64,000 bases of DNA from Octopus vulgaris (lineage: Eukaryota). The notes under the pieces were generated by a model. It had not been told where the DNA came from, ran no database searches, and saw only the letters and a program-made list of their open reading frames with translations. This document shows positions 1-12,737 of this stretch, piece by piece (position 1 is the first letter of the stretch; every line of letters begins with the position of its first letter). The stretch covers positions 45,136,001 through 45,200,000 of the forward strand of contig OX597825.1 in NCBI GenBank assembly GCA_951406725.2, written 5' to 3'. The position numbers and the translations under genes were made by a program.

Positions 1-4
1 ATAT

Positions 5-214
5 AATCAAAATGAGCAACAAGGATATCCAGAGATAATGCAGTACGATCGTTTCATGTGACTCCATTTAATTAAACAATGCAATCATTTCAACTGAAGA
101 TTGCTCTACATTTTAAATTGATGTAATGAAATGATTGCATTGTTCAATTAAATGGAGTCACATGAAACGATCGTACTGCATTACCTCTGGATATCCTTGT
201 TGCTTATTTTGATT
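5..214. repeat. Inverted repeat (arms about 5-92 and 128-214), probably an inverted pseudo-LTR at the 5' end of a Penelope-like element
   Basis: aatcaaaatgagcaacaaggatatccagagataatgcagtacgatcgtttcatgtgactcc... is mirrored by ...ggagtcacatgaaacgatcgtactgcattacctctggatatccttgttgcttattttgatt with few mismatches. It lies just upstream of the PLE ORF start at 362. Confidence 0.85.
94..180 (+). ncRNA. Candidate type I hammerhead ribozyme-like motif (degenerate)
   Basis: CTGAAGA (94-100), an imperfect long hairpin, then GAAA-C-GATC-G-TA (164-175). Stem I and the stem II closing pair are poor. Confidence 0.4.
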
Positions 215-1203
215 TTAATCACCATATTTTGAAATTGTATGGATAATACCATACTAAATTCTGGTGCCTCAAATTACGTACCATATTCATCTGAATCTAA
301 ATTTCTACTGAACTCATCTACCATACCTAGAGTATATTTCTGATATTTAATTTTCAGCAAGATGGAAAAGGTAAATATAGAATTTTCTCAGAAGGACATC
401 CCCTTACATAGTAAAGACACCTATACGTAGCTACTAATCCATAGAACAAACGAGTTTATTGGACAGGTAAGGTAGATTGCTTACCATCAAGATGCTACAA
501 AGAAAAATGAATCTCTAGAAACACATGAGAAGAATTATTATAAAAAGATATTCAAAAGCAGAAAAAATCTGTCACCTAATCCACTACTAGAAAATTTTGA
601 AAAAGATTTATTCGATCGTATTGCTAATGTAAAATTCAAGGAATACCCACTAAGAAAAAACTTACATCTGAGGAAACTAAAGGAATTTATTAAGTCATTG
701 CATAACAAAACCAGGCATTCTGGTCCCAACAGATAAAACCAGAAACTTATATAGGTTTGACTATACCACCTATAGTAAACTTGTAATGAAGGAACTCAAC
801 GCTAAATATAAAATAACATCAAAAAAGAATCTATCGGATATCAATTTGAAAATCAAGGAAGTTATAATGGAATATGACTTAGCAGACCGAACAGAACGAC
901 GAACACCAAGCGAACCTAGGATTAACCTGAAAGACCACAAAAAGAACTTCCAGGATAATCCTATTGTAAGATTTATATGCCCACCTAAGTTGGATATTGG
1001 CCGGCTTAGCAAGTCTATTCTTGACAATATTCTACCCCTTATAATTCCCAACCTAACTCTAAAATTATGGATTGATACAGATGAAGTAATTCATTGGTTC
1101 AAATCTATTGATAGTAATTATTCTTTTATCCAATTTGATATAAATAGTTATTATTCAAGTATATCCCCCATCCTCCTTAACAAGACTCTTATTTTAGCTA
1201 AAG

Positions 1204-1204
1204 A

Positions 1205-1260
<56 letters not shown>
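1204..1260. repeat. (CT)n microsatellite inside the Penelope RT
   Basis: Direct reading of the sequence. Confidence 0.95.
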
Positions 1261-1264
<4 letters not shown>

Positions 1265-2413
1265 CTAGGGATAAAATTGATATAATTCTGTTAGCTAGAA
1301 CTATTATAAAATTTGAGGGCAAACTCTGGACTAGGACTGACTCCAGAAAATTTTGATATACCTATGGGTTCCAGCAACTCAGCTGAAGTCACTAATCTAT
1401 TGGGCACGTATCTGTTAAGATGCCTAAATAAAGAAATCCCTGAATTACAAGGTGGTCTATATAGGGATGATGCTTTATTCATCATCCCTAGCACCAATAA
1501 ATCAATCATAGAAAGAATGAGAAAGGGAATTAGAAAATTTTTCAAAAATTTTAACTTAAGTATTACATATGAATATAACACTAAAGTAGTTCATTTTTTA
1601 GATACTACTTTAAACATTAATTCTAAATTATACTACCCCTATAGGAAAGAAGGTGAGGTTATAAGATATGTGAATAAATTATCAACAACCCCCCCCCTAA
1701 TGTATTATAATCAGTAGTTAAAAGTATTTCAAGGAGAATTACTATATTATCATCAAACATTGAGATTTTTAATTCCCATTCATACCACTATAATGTTGCT
1801 TTGTCTAAAGCGGGATATGACCAAGAAATTACTTTTCTCAATCCGGAGAGTTTAGCACTTTTTAATAGAGGAAAAAATAAGAATAGTTTAAGTAATAGAA
1901 AGTCTACTAACTTACTGAGTTATGAAAAAATACAAACTGATAACCTATCCTACAAACCTAACATTTTAAATAATAATAACAGAGTAGACTCCGATAGTAG
2001 ATTGGATACTAATAAAAGTAAAAAACTTGGGTTAAATAAAATAGATGAAAATGAAAAAGAAATGGTTACTCCTCCAAATAAAGGACCCAATAGAAATAAA
2101 TACAAAACTATTATTCATGGCACAATTCTAGGGAGCAGAGAAAGCACAAATTTATCCTACCCTTACTTACATAAAAAATTTAAAGGTAAAAATCTCATAT
2201 GGTTTAATATCCCTTTCAACTAAACAATATCCACAAACATATATAGTAGATTTATGGCTATTTTAGAAAAAAACTTCCCTAATTCCCATAGATATAATGG
2301 AATCTTTTCACGTAAGATGGTTAGAATCTTATACTCTACTCTCCCCAATATAAGTACCATCATAGCTAGATTAAATAGGAAGAATATAAGATTAGCCAGA
2401 ATTGTTAAAAATA

Positions 2414-2445
<32 letters not shown>

Positions 2446-2447
<2 letters not shown>

Positions 2448-5400
2448 CGGGGAACATTTAACATGTGAGAGTGATAAAACAGTGCTCCAAAATCTATCCA
2501 CAAAACATCGGAAACAAAGACATTGCATGGAGCAAAAAAATAACTAACAAAGGATTGGACTATATCATTGAAATTTATTGCTATTTCCCAAATGAAATGA
2601 TGTATTTTAACTCGATATCATCTCCAACCATGTAAACATGATTGATACATTACGATCCATCAACAACAGATCATCTTCAGCCCCAAACACCATTTACAAA
2701 AAAACTACGAATAAATTAAATAATACCAGTATTATTCAACCCAAGAATAGCAATCAGGAAGTACGAACTTTAAATTTGTTACACAAAAAGTACGAAAAAC
2801 TACATGTGCAAAACAATGTGACAACAGAAATGAACGGGCCAGTACCCAACGAAAATGACGACCGTCAAAATAATGGGCAAGACGTTGTTCCTCACGTCCT
2901 TGCAAATAAAACCAAAAAGGCATAAATGGACGTGAGAGGAATACATTTCAATCCTACATGCTTACTTTACAGCAGTGCTCTACCCAAAGAACGAATACAT
3001 AACAACATATACATATAAAATATGGAAGAAAAATGACATAAACAAAGACTTGGATACAGCAATGAACCCTAATAAACTAGCTAACATACGAAGATATATT
3101 CTCAACGCAAAAAAAATATCAGAAATAGAAATAGAACATTTAAAAGAAAAATACATCAGGAAAATGTAGATAGAAGCCACACAACAATGCCAAATAATAT
3201 AAACACTGAGATAGTAAAACACGAAGACAAACGTAACATTTCCCACAAAAACGATGTAAACAAAAAACAGCAAACCCAGACCGTAAGGATGCATAATAAT
3301 GCACAACAAGCAGCAAGCCAAAACACGACAGACTAACATACGAATGAGAAAGAAAGCGACACAAATCTAAAACCTGGAAACAATGAAGGGGAGCCTAATG
3401 ATTATGATACTATAAAAAGTAGAATAATCAAAGAACTGAAAAATACAGATCTCAAAATGGACCAGCGAACATACCTCCCAAAAATCAAAATAGACAAAAA
3501 AACAACAACAATTATAAATAGCATAAACCAAGCCATCACAGAACTAATAGCCACTGAAACAAATAGCGATATCACTGAGCTAAATGACTTAGTATATGCA
3601 GCAGCCACTGCAGCCACAAAAGAAGCTGGATACTCCCTCAAACCCATCCAAACAGGAGTACCACCACCCAAACAAACCTTGTGGATAAATAACATCCAAA
3701 ACAAAATACTAAAAATGAGAAAAGATCTGGCAATTCTTAATGAAATCAGTAGACAATCAACGCTACTAAGCAACAAAAATAAAATAAAAATACTGTGCAA
3801 ATACAACATCACAGAAAAAGATTTACCTGAGATAAAAGAAAAGCTAAAGCAAGATATTCTTGCCAAAGCACAAAGGTTCTACTGGTATGAGAAACGCCAA
3901 CGTTTCTTTGAACAAAACAAACAGTTCAACTCCAACCCCAAAAGTTCTACCAAGAACATGGCAAAAATAAAATAGACATCACTGCAGCACCAACAGCAGA
4001 AGAAGTGGAAGAATTCTGGAAAGAAATATGGTCGGTGAAAGAACAACCAAAATAAGGAGTATTAAAACAACAAATTCAGCATCTGAGCAACTTTGGACCC
4101 CCATAACAACTGAAGAGGTCACCCAGACACTGCAAAGACTAAGCAACTGGAAGGCACCTGGGCATGAAAAGATCCCCAACTTCTGGTTGAAATATCTGAC
4201 AGGAATGCACAAAAAGCTGGCTGAAAACTTTAACAACATACTGGCAGAGCCAGAGACAATGCCTGAATGGCTCACAAAGGGGAAAACCATCTTAATTCCC
4301 AAATCCAATGAGACAGCAAAACCAGAAAACTACAGACCTATAACCTGTCTCCCTACAATGTACAAAGCATTCACTGCGGTAATATCACAAAGATTAAACA
4401 AGCACTTGGACGAAAACAACCTGTTTCCAGAAGAGCAGAAAGGATGCCGCAAAGGCTCATATGGCTGTAAAGATCAACTAATGATCAATAAAGCCATAAA
4501 TGAAGACAGCCACAGAAAGAAGAAAGGCCTCAGTATGGCCTGGATTGACTATAGAAAGGCGTTTGATAGCATTCTCCACACATGGATCCTCGAAACACTA
4601 GCCATTAACAAAGTAGCACCAACAATCATAAAATACATAGGACACTATATGAATAAATGGCAAACAGTGCTACAACTCCAAACAAAAGGGGGACTCGTGA
4701 AAACCAAAGCCATCTCCATTAGAAGAGGAATATTCCAGGGAGACACGCTCTCTCCACTCCTTTTCTGCTTGGCACTGTCAACTCTATCTGATATGCTAAA
4801 TAGAACTGGATGTGGATATAAATGTTACGGCAAAACGATCAGCCACCTTTTATATATGGATGACCTAAAACTATACGCTACAAATGACAAACAGCTGGAA
4901 ACACTACTAAAGACAGTCCATGGATTCACCAAAGAAATAGATATGAAATTTGGATTAGAAAAATGCGCCAAAGTAACCATGAAAAGAGGAAAACTAGTTA
5001 AGAGTAGCAACATTACACTAGATAAAGCCAATGAAATAAGAGAATTAGACCAAAGCCAAACTTACAAATATTTAGGAATCTATGAACTAGATAAGACACA
5101 ACACACACAAATGAAAGAGAAAATAAAGAAAGAATACTATAGACGAGTTAGATCAATACTAAAAACAGAGCTCAATGCTAAAAACAAGATAATAGGTATT
5201 AACACTTTAGCCATCCCAGTTATAAGTTACAGCTACAATACCCTTAACTGGACGCTAAATGAACTAACCAAAATAGATAGGAAAACAAGAAAAATAATGA
5301 CAGGATCTAGGATGCATCACCCAAAATCTGACATCGAAAGGCTATATATACAACGTATAGAAGGTGGCAGAGGCCTCATAAAGCTGGAAAACTACTACAA

Positions 5401-6482
5401 AATAACCACCATAGGACTGCAAAAATACCTACTTCAGAAGCAAGGAAAACTGATACAAATAGCGGCAAAACACGAGCAAAACAAAAATTTGTTCTCAGTA
5501 TTTAAGGAAGCTGACAAATACAAACAAGAAATCATACCACCTAACAAAGAAGAAGAAGAAGAAGAAGAAGAAGAAGAAGAAGAAGAAGAAGAAGAAGAAG
5601 AAGAAGAAGGAGAAGAAAAAACACAACAAAAGCTATAAAGCAAATGAAATCAAAACTAAAACTAGAACAGCAACGGACCATGATAAAACGATGGCAAGAA
5701 AAGCCCCTTCATGGCAAGTACTGGACTAAACTAAATGCAAAAGAAATAGACAAAGAAAAATCCCAGCAGTGGTTGAAAAGAAATATAACAAGTAACTGCA
5801 GAATATGTGGAGATGGACAAGAAACAATAAATCATATTATCTCTGATTGCCCAGTCCTGGCTAAGAAGGAATATATTCACAGACACGACAGAGTTGGGAC
5901 CTACATACACTGGAAGCTATGCCAACATTATGGAATAACAACAGAAAAAAGATGGTATAGGCACACACCAGAAAAGGTCACAGAAAACGAGAAAGCAACC
6001 ATACTCTGGGATATGCCGATACACACAGATAGATAAATTAAGGCCATCAGAACAGATATAGTTGTCAGAGATCATGAAGAGAAAAAAATGCTTTCTAATT
6101 GATGTATTAATACCAGCAGATGACAACATGTCTCTAAAAGAAATGGAGAAACTTTCAAGACCTGGAAATAGAGGTAACTTTCAAAGACCTGGAAATAGAG
6201 GTAACTAGAATGTGGAATCTAAAAACAGAAACAATTCCTATCATAGTAGGTGCATTAGGCATGATAAAAAATATTCAGACAAATACATAACAAAAACACC
6301 AGGACTTACAAACACATATAACATACAGAAAATTGCACTACTAGGCACAGCACACATCCTACACAGAACACTTTCAATACAGTAACCATCAGAGCATCAC
6401 AACAAATCACAGCACATACCCAAGGCACACAGAGCTGCGCTTGGTAGTGAAGTGAAAGCACATTATAAAAATAAAACTACTG
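2446..6482 (+). mobile_element. R4/Dong-clade non-LTR retrotransposon (RT plus restriction-like endonuclease), near full length, inserted in (AAT)n
   Basis: N-terminal KWT..EYISILHAYF motif. ORF 4028-5638 has NWKAPG, YRPITCL, EQKGC, WIDYRKAFDS, GIFQGDTLSP and LYMDD. The C-terminus has CRICGDGQETINHIISDC and HRHD. Both flanks are (AAT)n, the established Dong target. Confidence 0.92.
5549..5617. repeat. (GAA)n expansion giving poly-Glu in the Dong ORF
   Basis: About 20 GAA units, against a short EEEEDEE run in the second copy at about 16227. Confidence 0.9.
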
Positions 6483-6486
6483 AATG

Positions 6487-6540
<54 letters not shown>

Positions 6541-6620
6541 GTAACATTAACAATAACAATGAAAATAAAAATAATAATAACAATGGCAATAATAATAATT
6601 ATATAAATAATAATAGTAAT
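6483..6620. repeat. (AAT)n microsatellite / Asn-rich Penelope linker
   Basis: Direct reading of the sequence. Confidence 0.95.
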
Positions 6621-7489
6621 AATTCTATCAGCCATAACTTAAACCCCCAAAAGGAAAATAATAATATTGAAAATGATAGGGTATATGGAATAAATAGTGG
6701 TAACACCTCTAATAATAGTATTATGGATTATAGTCTCAGTACATATACGGGCATGGAAACTATTTGTATACTTGGTGATGAGGAGAATTTATATGATAAT
6801 ACGGTTGAAGTGGAGTTAGAAAATTATAGACATGAACATAACTTACTTAATAATCTAATTATAAATAATGAAAACACTAATAATATAAATAAAAATAATT
6901 TAATTCTTAATGATACTAATATTAATAATAATTATTCCCCTAGTTGCAACTGTAGGGTTAAATCCCGCAGTCCGTTACTAGGCCAATGTCTTGCCTAGAA
7001 TGTAGTATATAAATGTACAATAATAACTACAAGTAATAATTATATTTACTTCGGTTGTTTGATTAATTTGAAACAGCGTATATACAATCATGTGTCATCT
7101 TTTAAACTTAAACATAAAGTGAATTGTACATCATTAATCAGTAAGATGTGGGAATTGAAGGAAAGTGGAATTGAATTTAGCCTCAAATGGGAAATAATAA
7201 GAAAAGCACAGCCTTATAGAAATAGCAAATATGGGTGCGAGCTTTGCTCTATCGAAACATTAAATTTTTAAGTATAAAGATAATGTAAACCTGATCAATT
7301 AGACCTTAGGGTATCATGCATACACAGTACTACCCGTACCTTCAAATATTTTAGAAAGTAGCTCTTTATTGATCTTGAGTTTTTAAATCGTATAATATAC
7401 CTCTTAGTTTTAAAATCAATGCATAAATAGCATACCCTGCAACATTAATTTTTTAGTCAATACTAGGTATCAGTGATTAAAGACACAAG

Positions 7490-9475
7490 CTAATTGAGTA
7501 AATAAACAATTTTTTAATTTCTAGAATTATTGCATATGTTCCATAAATCTTCTCTATTGAAGTTACTAAGTTGTATATGTACTTCATCATGATTTTAGTG
7601 ATTAAGCTATTTTCACATTCTTTTCTACTCTACCTAATCATTTCAATACTTTATAATTATTTTTATAAAAACCTAAATTTTTGTACCCCTATAAAGCCAT
7701 TCTTAGCTTATAAAAACAATATGGGTATCTTCAAAATTTAAAAACTAAACTGCCTAAATTAAAATTTAACTATTTGTTCTCTTGCCTAAATGGTAAATCT
7801 CCATGACAGCCTTATATTTATTTTAACCTTATACCAAAAAATGACATATTGTTCAAAATAGTTTTAGTAATTAAGTTTTTTATCCCTTTCTTAAAATGTT
7901 CCATCCTCTTAATTTTTGTATTTATTTTGGTTTTAAATAGCCCTTCCAATTAAGTACCCCTAAGAAACTGTAATATCATTTATGAATTAACACAAATAAC
8001 TTTTGTAATCTATATCGTGATTCAATATTAGTATATGGTTAACTTGTCCTTTTAACAAAAATTATCTTTTCAACTAATACCGAGTTTCAGCCCTGATTAT
8101 AGTAAGCTAAATAAGTTAACAATTATTTTAGCTCATAAATTATTATACATTTTCTATAAAATCTTGCTATTAGAGTTAATAAGGTATGAATATTTTTTTC
8201 TTTATTATGGTTTTTTAATGATTAGTCTATTTTATTCCTTTTCCATGATGCTCTACCCTAACTGATCATTTTATTATTATTGTTATTGTTATTTTTATAG
8301 CAGCCTTAAATAAATCTAATTAATAAACCCCTATTAATTCATACTCAGCTTATATAAGTTAATACTGGTATGTCCACAACTTAAAATTAGTTCAACTTTA
8401 ATTAAATTAGTATATAGTTGACATGTTCTTTAACCTCAGTTGCCCTTATTAAATATCAGTTAAATCCATTTGATCAATCTCCATAGAAACCTAATAATAA
8501 GTGAATATTTTAGATAAGAATAAATATATAAATATTAATCTATTTCTTTGCAATTTTCTTTTTCCTCCCTCTATTATGGTAAAAAAAAATTTGGTATATA
8601 CTCAAAATATTAAAAAAAGTGGTATCATTTTTGTTAAAATCCTCATTCTTAATAATCTTCTTGAATACCCTAAAAAAATTTTTTAACCTTATACAGTATG
8701 ATAATATTGTTTGAAATGATATTTAAAAATTACTTGATTTTTCTCTTTTCTCAAATTGCTCCACCCTCCTGATCTTAATATTTATAAGGACCTTTATATA
8801 AATAACCTTTCTAAATAAGTATCAATAACAAAATATAAATATCATGTAGGGTGTAATAATAACTTCTTAAACCTATAATATAACCCTTAATTTAAAAAAA
8901 AGATTAGTGTAAAATAGAATTGTTCCATAACTTAATTATTCCTTTAGCCGAGACCGAACATTAGTCTTTTATAGATATTATCGTGACAAGTAAATATAAT
9001 TTTTAATTTAATATATTTTGAATTATTAAACTTTTTTCTAAAAATCTTCTCTATTGGTGTTAACAAGTTAAATATACTTTATCATAGTATGAGTATTTAA
9101 ATCATTTTATCCCTTTTCTATGATGTTCTATGATTATTCTATTTTATCTTAAAATTAGACTTTATTCATTTATTTATAAAATTATTCTAAGTCTTCTATC
9201 TATATAAATTTCATACTCAGCTTATATAAAGCTATATATTCACTACTTATAAAAAAATCTGCTTAGACTAAAAAATTTTAATATATAATTAGTATGTTCT
9301 TTTACCTCAATACTTCTTTATTAATACCAGTAAATATCATTTAATCAATATTCAAAGATATCATCTGATGAGTTAATATTTAAGTGTATAAATATTAAAC
9401 TATTTCTATATTTTCTTTTTCTCCTTCTATTGTGGTAAAAGTTTGATATATACTAAAAAGTATTCATAAATATTC
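7490..9475. repeat. Very AT-rich region with diverged direct repeats downstream of the Penelope ORF
   Basis: About 7545-7630 resembles about 9040-9120 (aatcttctctattg...). About 8338-8610 resembles about 9210-9460 (ttcatactcagcttatataa...tggtaaaa...atatact). Confidence 0.7.
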
Positions 9476-9525
9476 TCTTTATTTTCCTGATCTTCATGAC
9501 TTTAACAAATATTTCTGTTTTATCA

Positions 9526-9775
9526 GGAACCCCTTTGTACTCACTGTTAGCGATCTGCCAACAGAAGACAATTTAATTCAAGAACAGTTCACTGATTTGG
9601 TCTGATCGAGATGCAAAATGCTTTTTCCAGAAATGTACTGTTCTGACTTTTGGACTGAAATGGCATGGTCATATCTTGATGTTGCAAAGATGTCTCTTAA
9701 AGTACTGATGCCATTTCCAACCACCCATGGGTGTGAGACTACATTTTCCATGTTTCTTGCCATCAAAACAAAGAA
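9526..9775 (+). mobile_element. hAT (Charlie/Buster-type) transposase C-terminal dimerisation fragment
   Basis: FWTEMAWSYLDVAKMSLKVLMPFPTTHGCETTFSMFLAIKTK matches the hATC pattern FW...YP.L...AL..L.PF.TTY.CE..FS. Confidence 0.8.
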
Positions 9776-9789
9776 AATTGACTGGATGT

Positions 9790-10205
9790 CAGGAAAAGGG
9801 ATGAGAAACCTTCAGGGGAGGAGGAGAAGATGGTGTTTCTACTAAAATTTTGGTTTTCCATGCATGCTAGTGGTCCAATAGGCAGAAACTTCTGTACATT
9901 TTGGGATGCTATTATAATTTTTCTGCAAAGTAATTGTTGAGGCAAAGTAATTGTTGGAGAATTTCTATGACTTCAGCAGCCCCAATTTCTGGCCTCCTAG
10001 TTCCCCTGATTGTAATCCCATGGATTACTACGTGTGAGGTACAGCTGAGAAAGACACCAACTACTCTACCTGCAACACCAAAGCCAAGCTGGAAGCCATG
10101 ATCAAAGAGGAGTTCAAAAATCTTCCCAGGGACGGACATAATGAGAACATGTATCAGGTTCCAGAGCTGTCTTGAGGCCCTGGTGGAAGCTGAGGGCAGA
10201 CAATT
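9790..10205 (+). mobile_element. Tc1/mariner transposase C-terminal fragment
   Basis: NFWPPSSPDCNPMDYYV..NTKAKLEAMIKEEF..CIRFQSCLEALVEAEG (W-P-x-x-SPD-x-NP motif). Confidence 0.8.
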
Positions 10206-10239
10206 GGAAATTCTTAGGGAGTAACCTACTGAGGACTAC

Positions 10240-12230
10240 AAATCCAATTTGTGGCTGATGCAAAATTCAAGGCAAACAAACAAGGATGGTGGAATAGGGA
10301 AGTAGATAGAGTCGTAAAAAAAGTGGAAGGCTTGGAAGGTTTGGAGGAATGAGGGCAACAGAGAACTATACAATGTAGCTAGAAGAGAAACTAGATGGCA
10401 GGTTTATTTAGTAAAGAGAGAAGCACAAAAGAAGGGGTTTGCTAATGTTCTAAGACATGAGTACCAAAGGCATGAGATGTTCTGGATTGCAAGGCAGTGT
10501 ATCAGAGAAAAGCAAGATGCTGAGGGAGAGAAATGCATTGAGAACAATAATGGTACACTTACAATTAGTGTTTCTGAAAACAAAGAGACAGGGAAGTGCT
10601 ATTATGAAAGACTGCTAAATGTGGAGAATGATTGGGAAAAGATAGTCTTCCAAACTAAAACAGAGATTCCAGCCATTCTTGTTGACAGCAGTATGATAGA
10701 GGCAGAAATTAAGAACATTGAAATTACCATTGAAATGCTTAAAATATCAAGTGGAGAAGAAATATGGCCTAATCACCCATATAGTTAATCAGGTTGTACA
10801 AGAAAGTATTATATCCAATGACTGATATAGCAGCATCATAGTCAGGAGATGCCTTAGAGAGAAGTGATTACAGCAGTATCAAATTACTGGACCAGGTTTT
10901 GAAAGTCACAGAAAGAGTGATAGCTCAATAAACTAGGAAAAAAGTTAACCAAGATGCGATACAGCATGGTTCTGTGCCAGGGAGAAGCACTACTGAAGCT
11001 TTCTTTCTAGTAAGACAATTTCAGAAGTATTTAGCCAAAAATACTGTACCTGGCATTTGTCAATATGCGAGAAAGTCACCTAGTAGGAATAGACAAATAT
11101 CTGAAAGAGACAAGATTTGAATAGACAAATATCTGGTGAGAGCCCTTAAAAAATGTAAATGGGTTTGGTTAGCAAAGTAAAAGTTAGTAATGAGAACAGC
11201 AATAAATTTCATGCACAGACTGGAGTTCACCGAGGTTTGGTTCTCAGTCTCTTTTGGTTTATAACCAGGTCATAACAGAGAAATTTAAGACAAGTAATCT
11301 ATGGGAAGAAATTTATGCTGGTGATGCTGTTCTTATGGTTGAATCTGGAGTAGAATTAGAAAAGAAATTCTAGGTATGGAAGCAAAACCTGGATTTAACA
11401 ACTTAGCAAAGACCAAAATTCCATTAAGCAGGAAAACAAATAAACCACTAATTCTGTCAGGTAAATGGCCTTATTTGAAATGATGAAACATTGATAGAAA
11501 TTCCATGTTAACAGAAAAAGCAGACTTTAGTGGCCTTCGTATGATAAACCCTATAAGTACATTGGAAATAGATTTTCTCGAATGCCCAGGAGGATCCTCA
11601 GAGGTAGTAATTTCTGTTACCTAGGAGACCTAATTAGCAGTGGAAGGTGGTGATGTGCTAAAAGTAGAAGAACTGCAGGGTCAAAATCCAGAGAACTATT
11701 ACCTCTGTTTGTAACAAAGGCCTCTCTCTCTCTCTCAGTATGAAAGACAGATTGTACAATGCCTGTATATGAATGGCAATGCTACATAGTTGTAAAACTT
11801 GGGTTGTAAATACAGAGGACATGAAGACTAGAAAGAAATGAAGCAATGGATGTGCAACATCAGAGTACATTTATTACCAACTGCAAATGTGTTGAGAGAA
11901 AAATTGGTAATTAGAGGGATCAGATGTTGTGTACAGGAAAGATAACTGCACTGATATGGTCATATGATGTAGATAGATAACAGATGTATAAAGAAGTGCC
12001 AATCACTAAATGAGGGAGGACAAGTCTGACCTCAAGATGTTAAGCCTCTCAGAGGAGATGATGGGAAACTGAGATAAATGATGAAAAGCTATGCTTGAAA
12101 AGACTGTCCACCTCAGCAACATTGAGGTCTTGTCAGCTCTTTCCCTCACAACATATCTTCTAACACCCTCCCTTCAATCTATCTTCTGTGGTACTATTTA
12201 CTCAGGTGCTATACATAATACCACTTATCT
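10240..12230 (+). mobile_element. Heavily decayed RTE LINE (PHD-containing family)
   Basis: Collinear with the 52890-57000 copy: WWNREV, YERLLNVENDW, GSVPGRSTT, FKT..WE..YA, VWKQNL, LHSCKTW. Confidence 0.8.
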
Positions 12231-12458
12231 TCTTATACTTCATATTGTACCCCTACAACTATCCCTTGTCAATTCTTTCTCCTTCACACACTTATTTCCT
12301 TTCTTACCTTTCCCCTCCTTAAACTGATATTCACTGCGGATTGAGTTGGATGCAGTGAATATCAGTTTAAGGAGGGGAAAGGAAAGAAAGGAAATATGTG
12401 TGAAGGAGAAAGAATTGACAAGGGGTAGTTGTAGGGGTACAATATGAAGTATAGGAAG
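12229..12458. repeat. Near-perfect fold-back with about 108-bp arms and a 14-nt loop
   Basis: cttcttatacttcatattgtacccctacaac...aaactgatattcactgc / ggattgagttggat / gcagtgaatatcagttt...gttgtaggggtacaatatgaagtataggaag. Confidence 0.92.
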
Positions 12459-12736
12459 ACCACCAAAACTCCTTGTAACACCAAAGATGAACTGAAGGCA
12501 AAGATTATGGCAGCATTCACCAAGTTAAACAAGGAGATCATCCAGAAAAGCTGCAGGAGATTCTGAAGTCATCTGGAGGCTGTGGTTGAAGCCAACGGTG
12601 ATTTTATTGAATAAATTTACTCTTTAGTATTTCAAGATATTTGAATGTAATTTTGGTAAATATATTTGTTAAAAGGAGATGCCAGTGTTATTTTCATTTT
12701 TGTTTAATTTAGATGACAGCTTATTCACCACACCCT
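12459..12736 (+). mobile_element. Tc1/mariner 3' end with probable terminal inverted repeat
   Basis: TPCNTKDELKAKIMAAF..HLEAVVEANGDFIE*, then a short UTR ending ttattcaccacaccct. Confidence 0.75.
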
Positions 12737-12737
12737 C

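Larger units (their letters stand above)
362..7360 (+). mobile_element. Penelope-like retroelement (RT plus C-terminal GIY-YIG endonuclease), decayed, interrupted by an R4/Dong insertion
   Basis: Broken ORF: MEKVNIEFSQKDIPLH (362), FIQFDINSYYSSI, FDIPMGS, GGLYRDD, HFLDTTL, LIWFNIPF. After the insertion: CNCRVKSRSPLLGQC..VVYKC..YIYFG..LKQRIYNHVSSF..LKWEII..CELCSIE (about 6945-7270). Stops, frameshifts and a (CT)n tract disrupt it. Confidence 0.9.
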
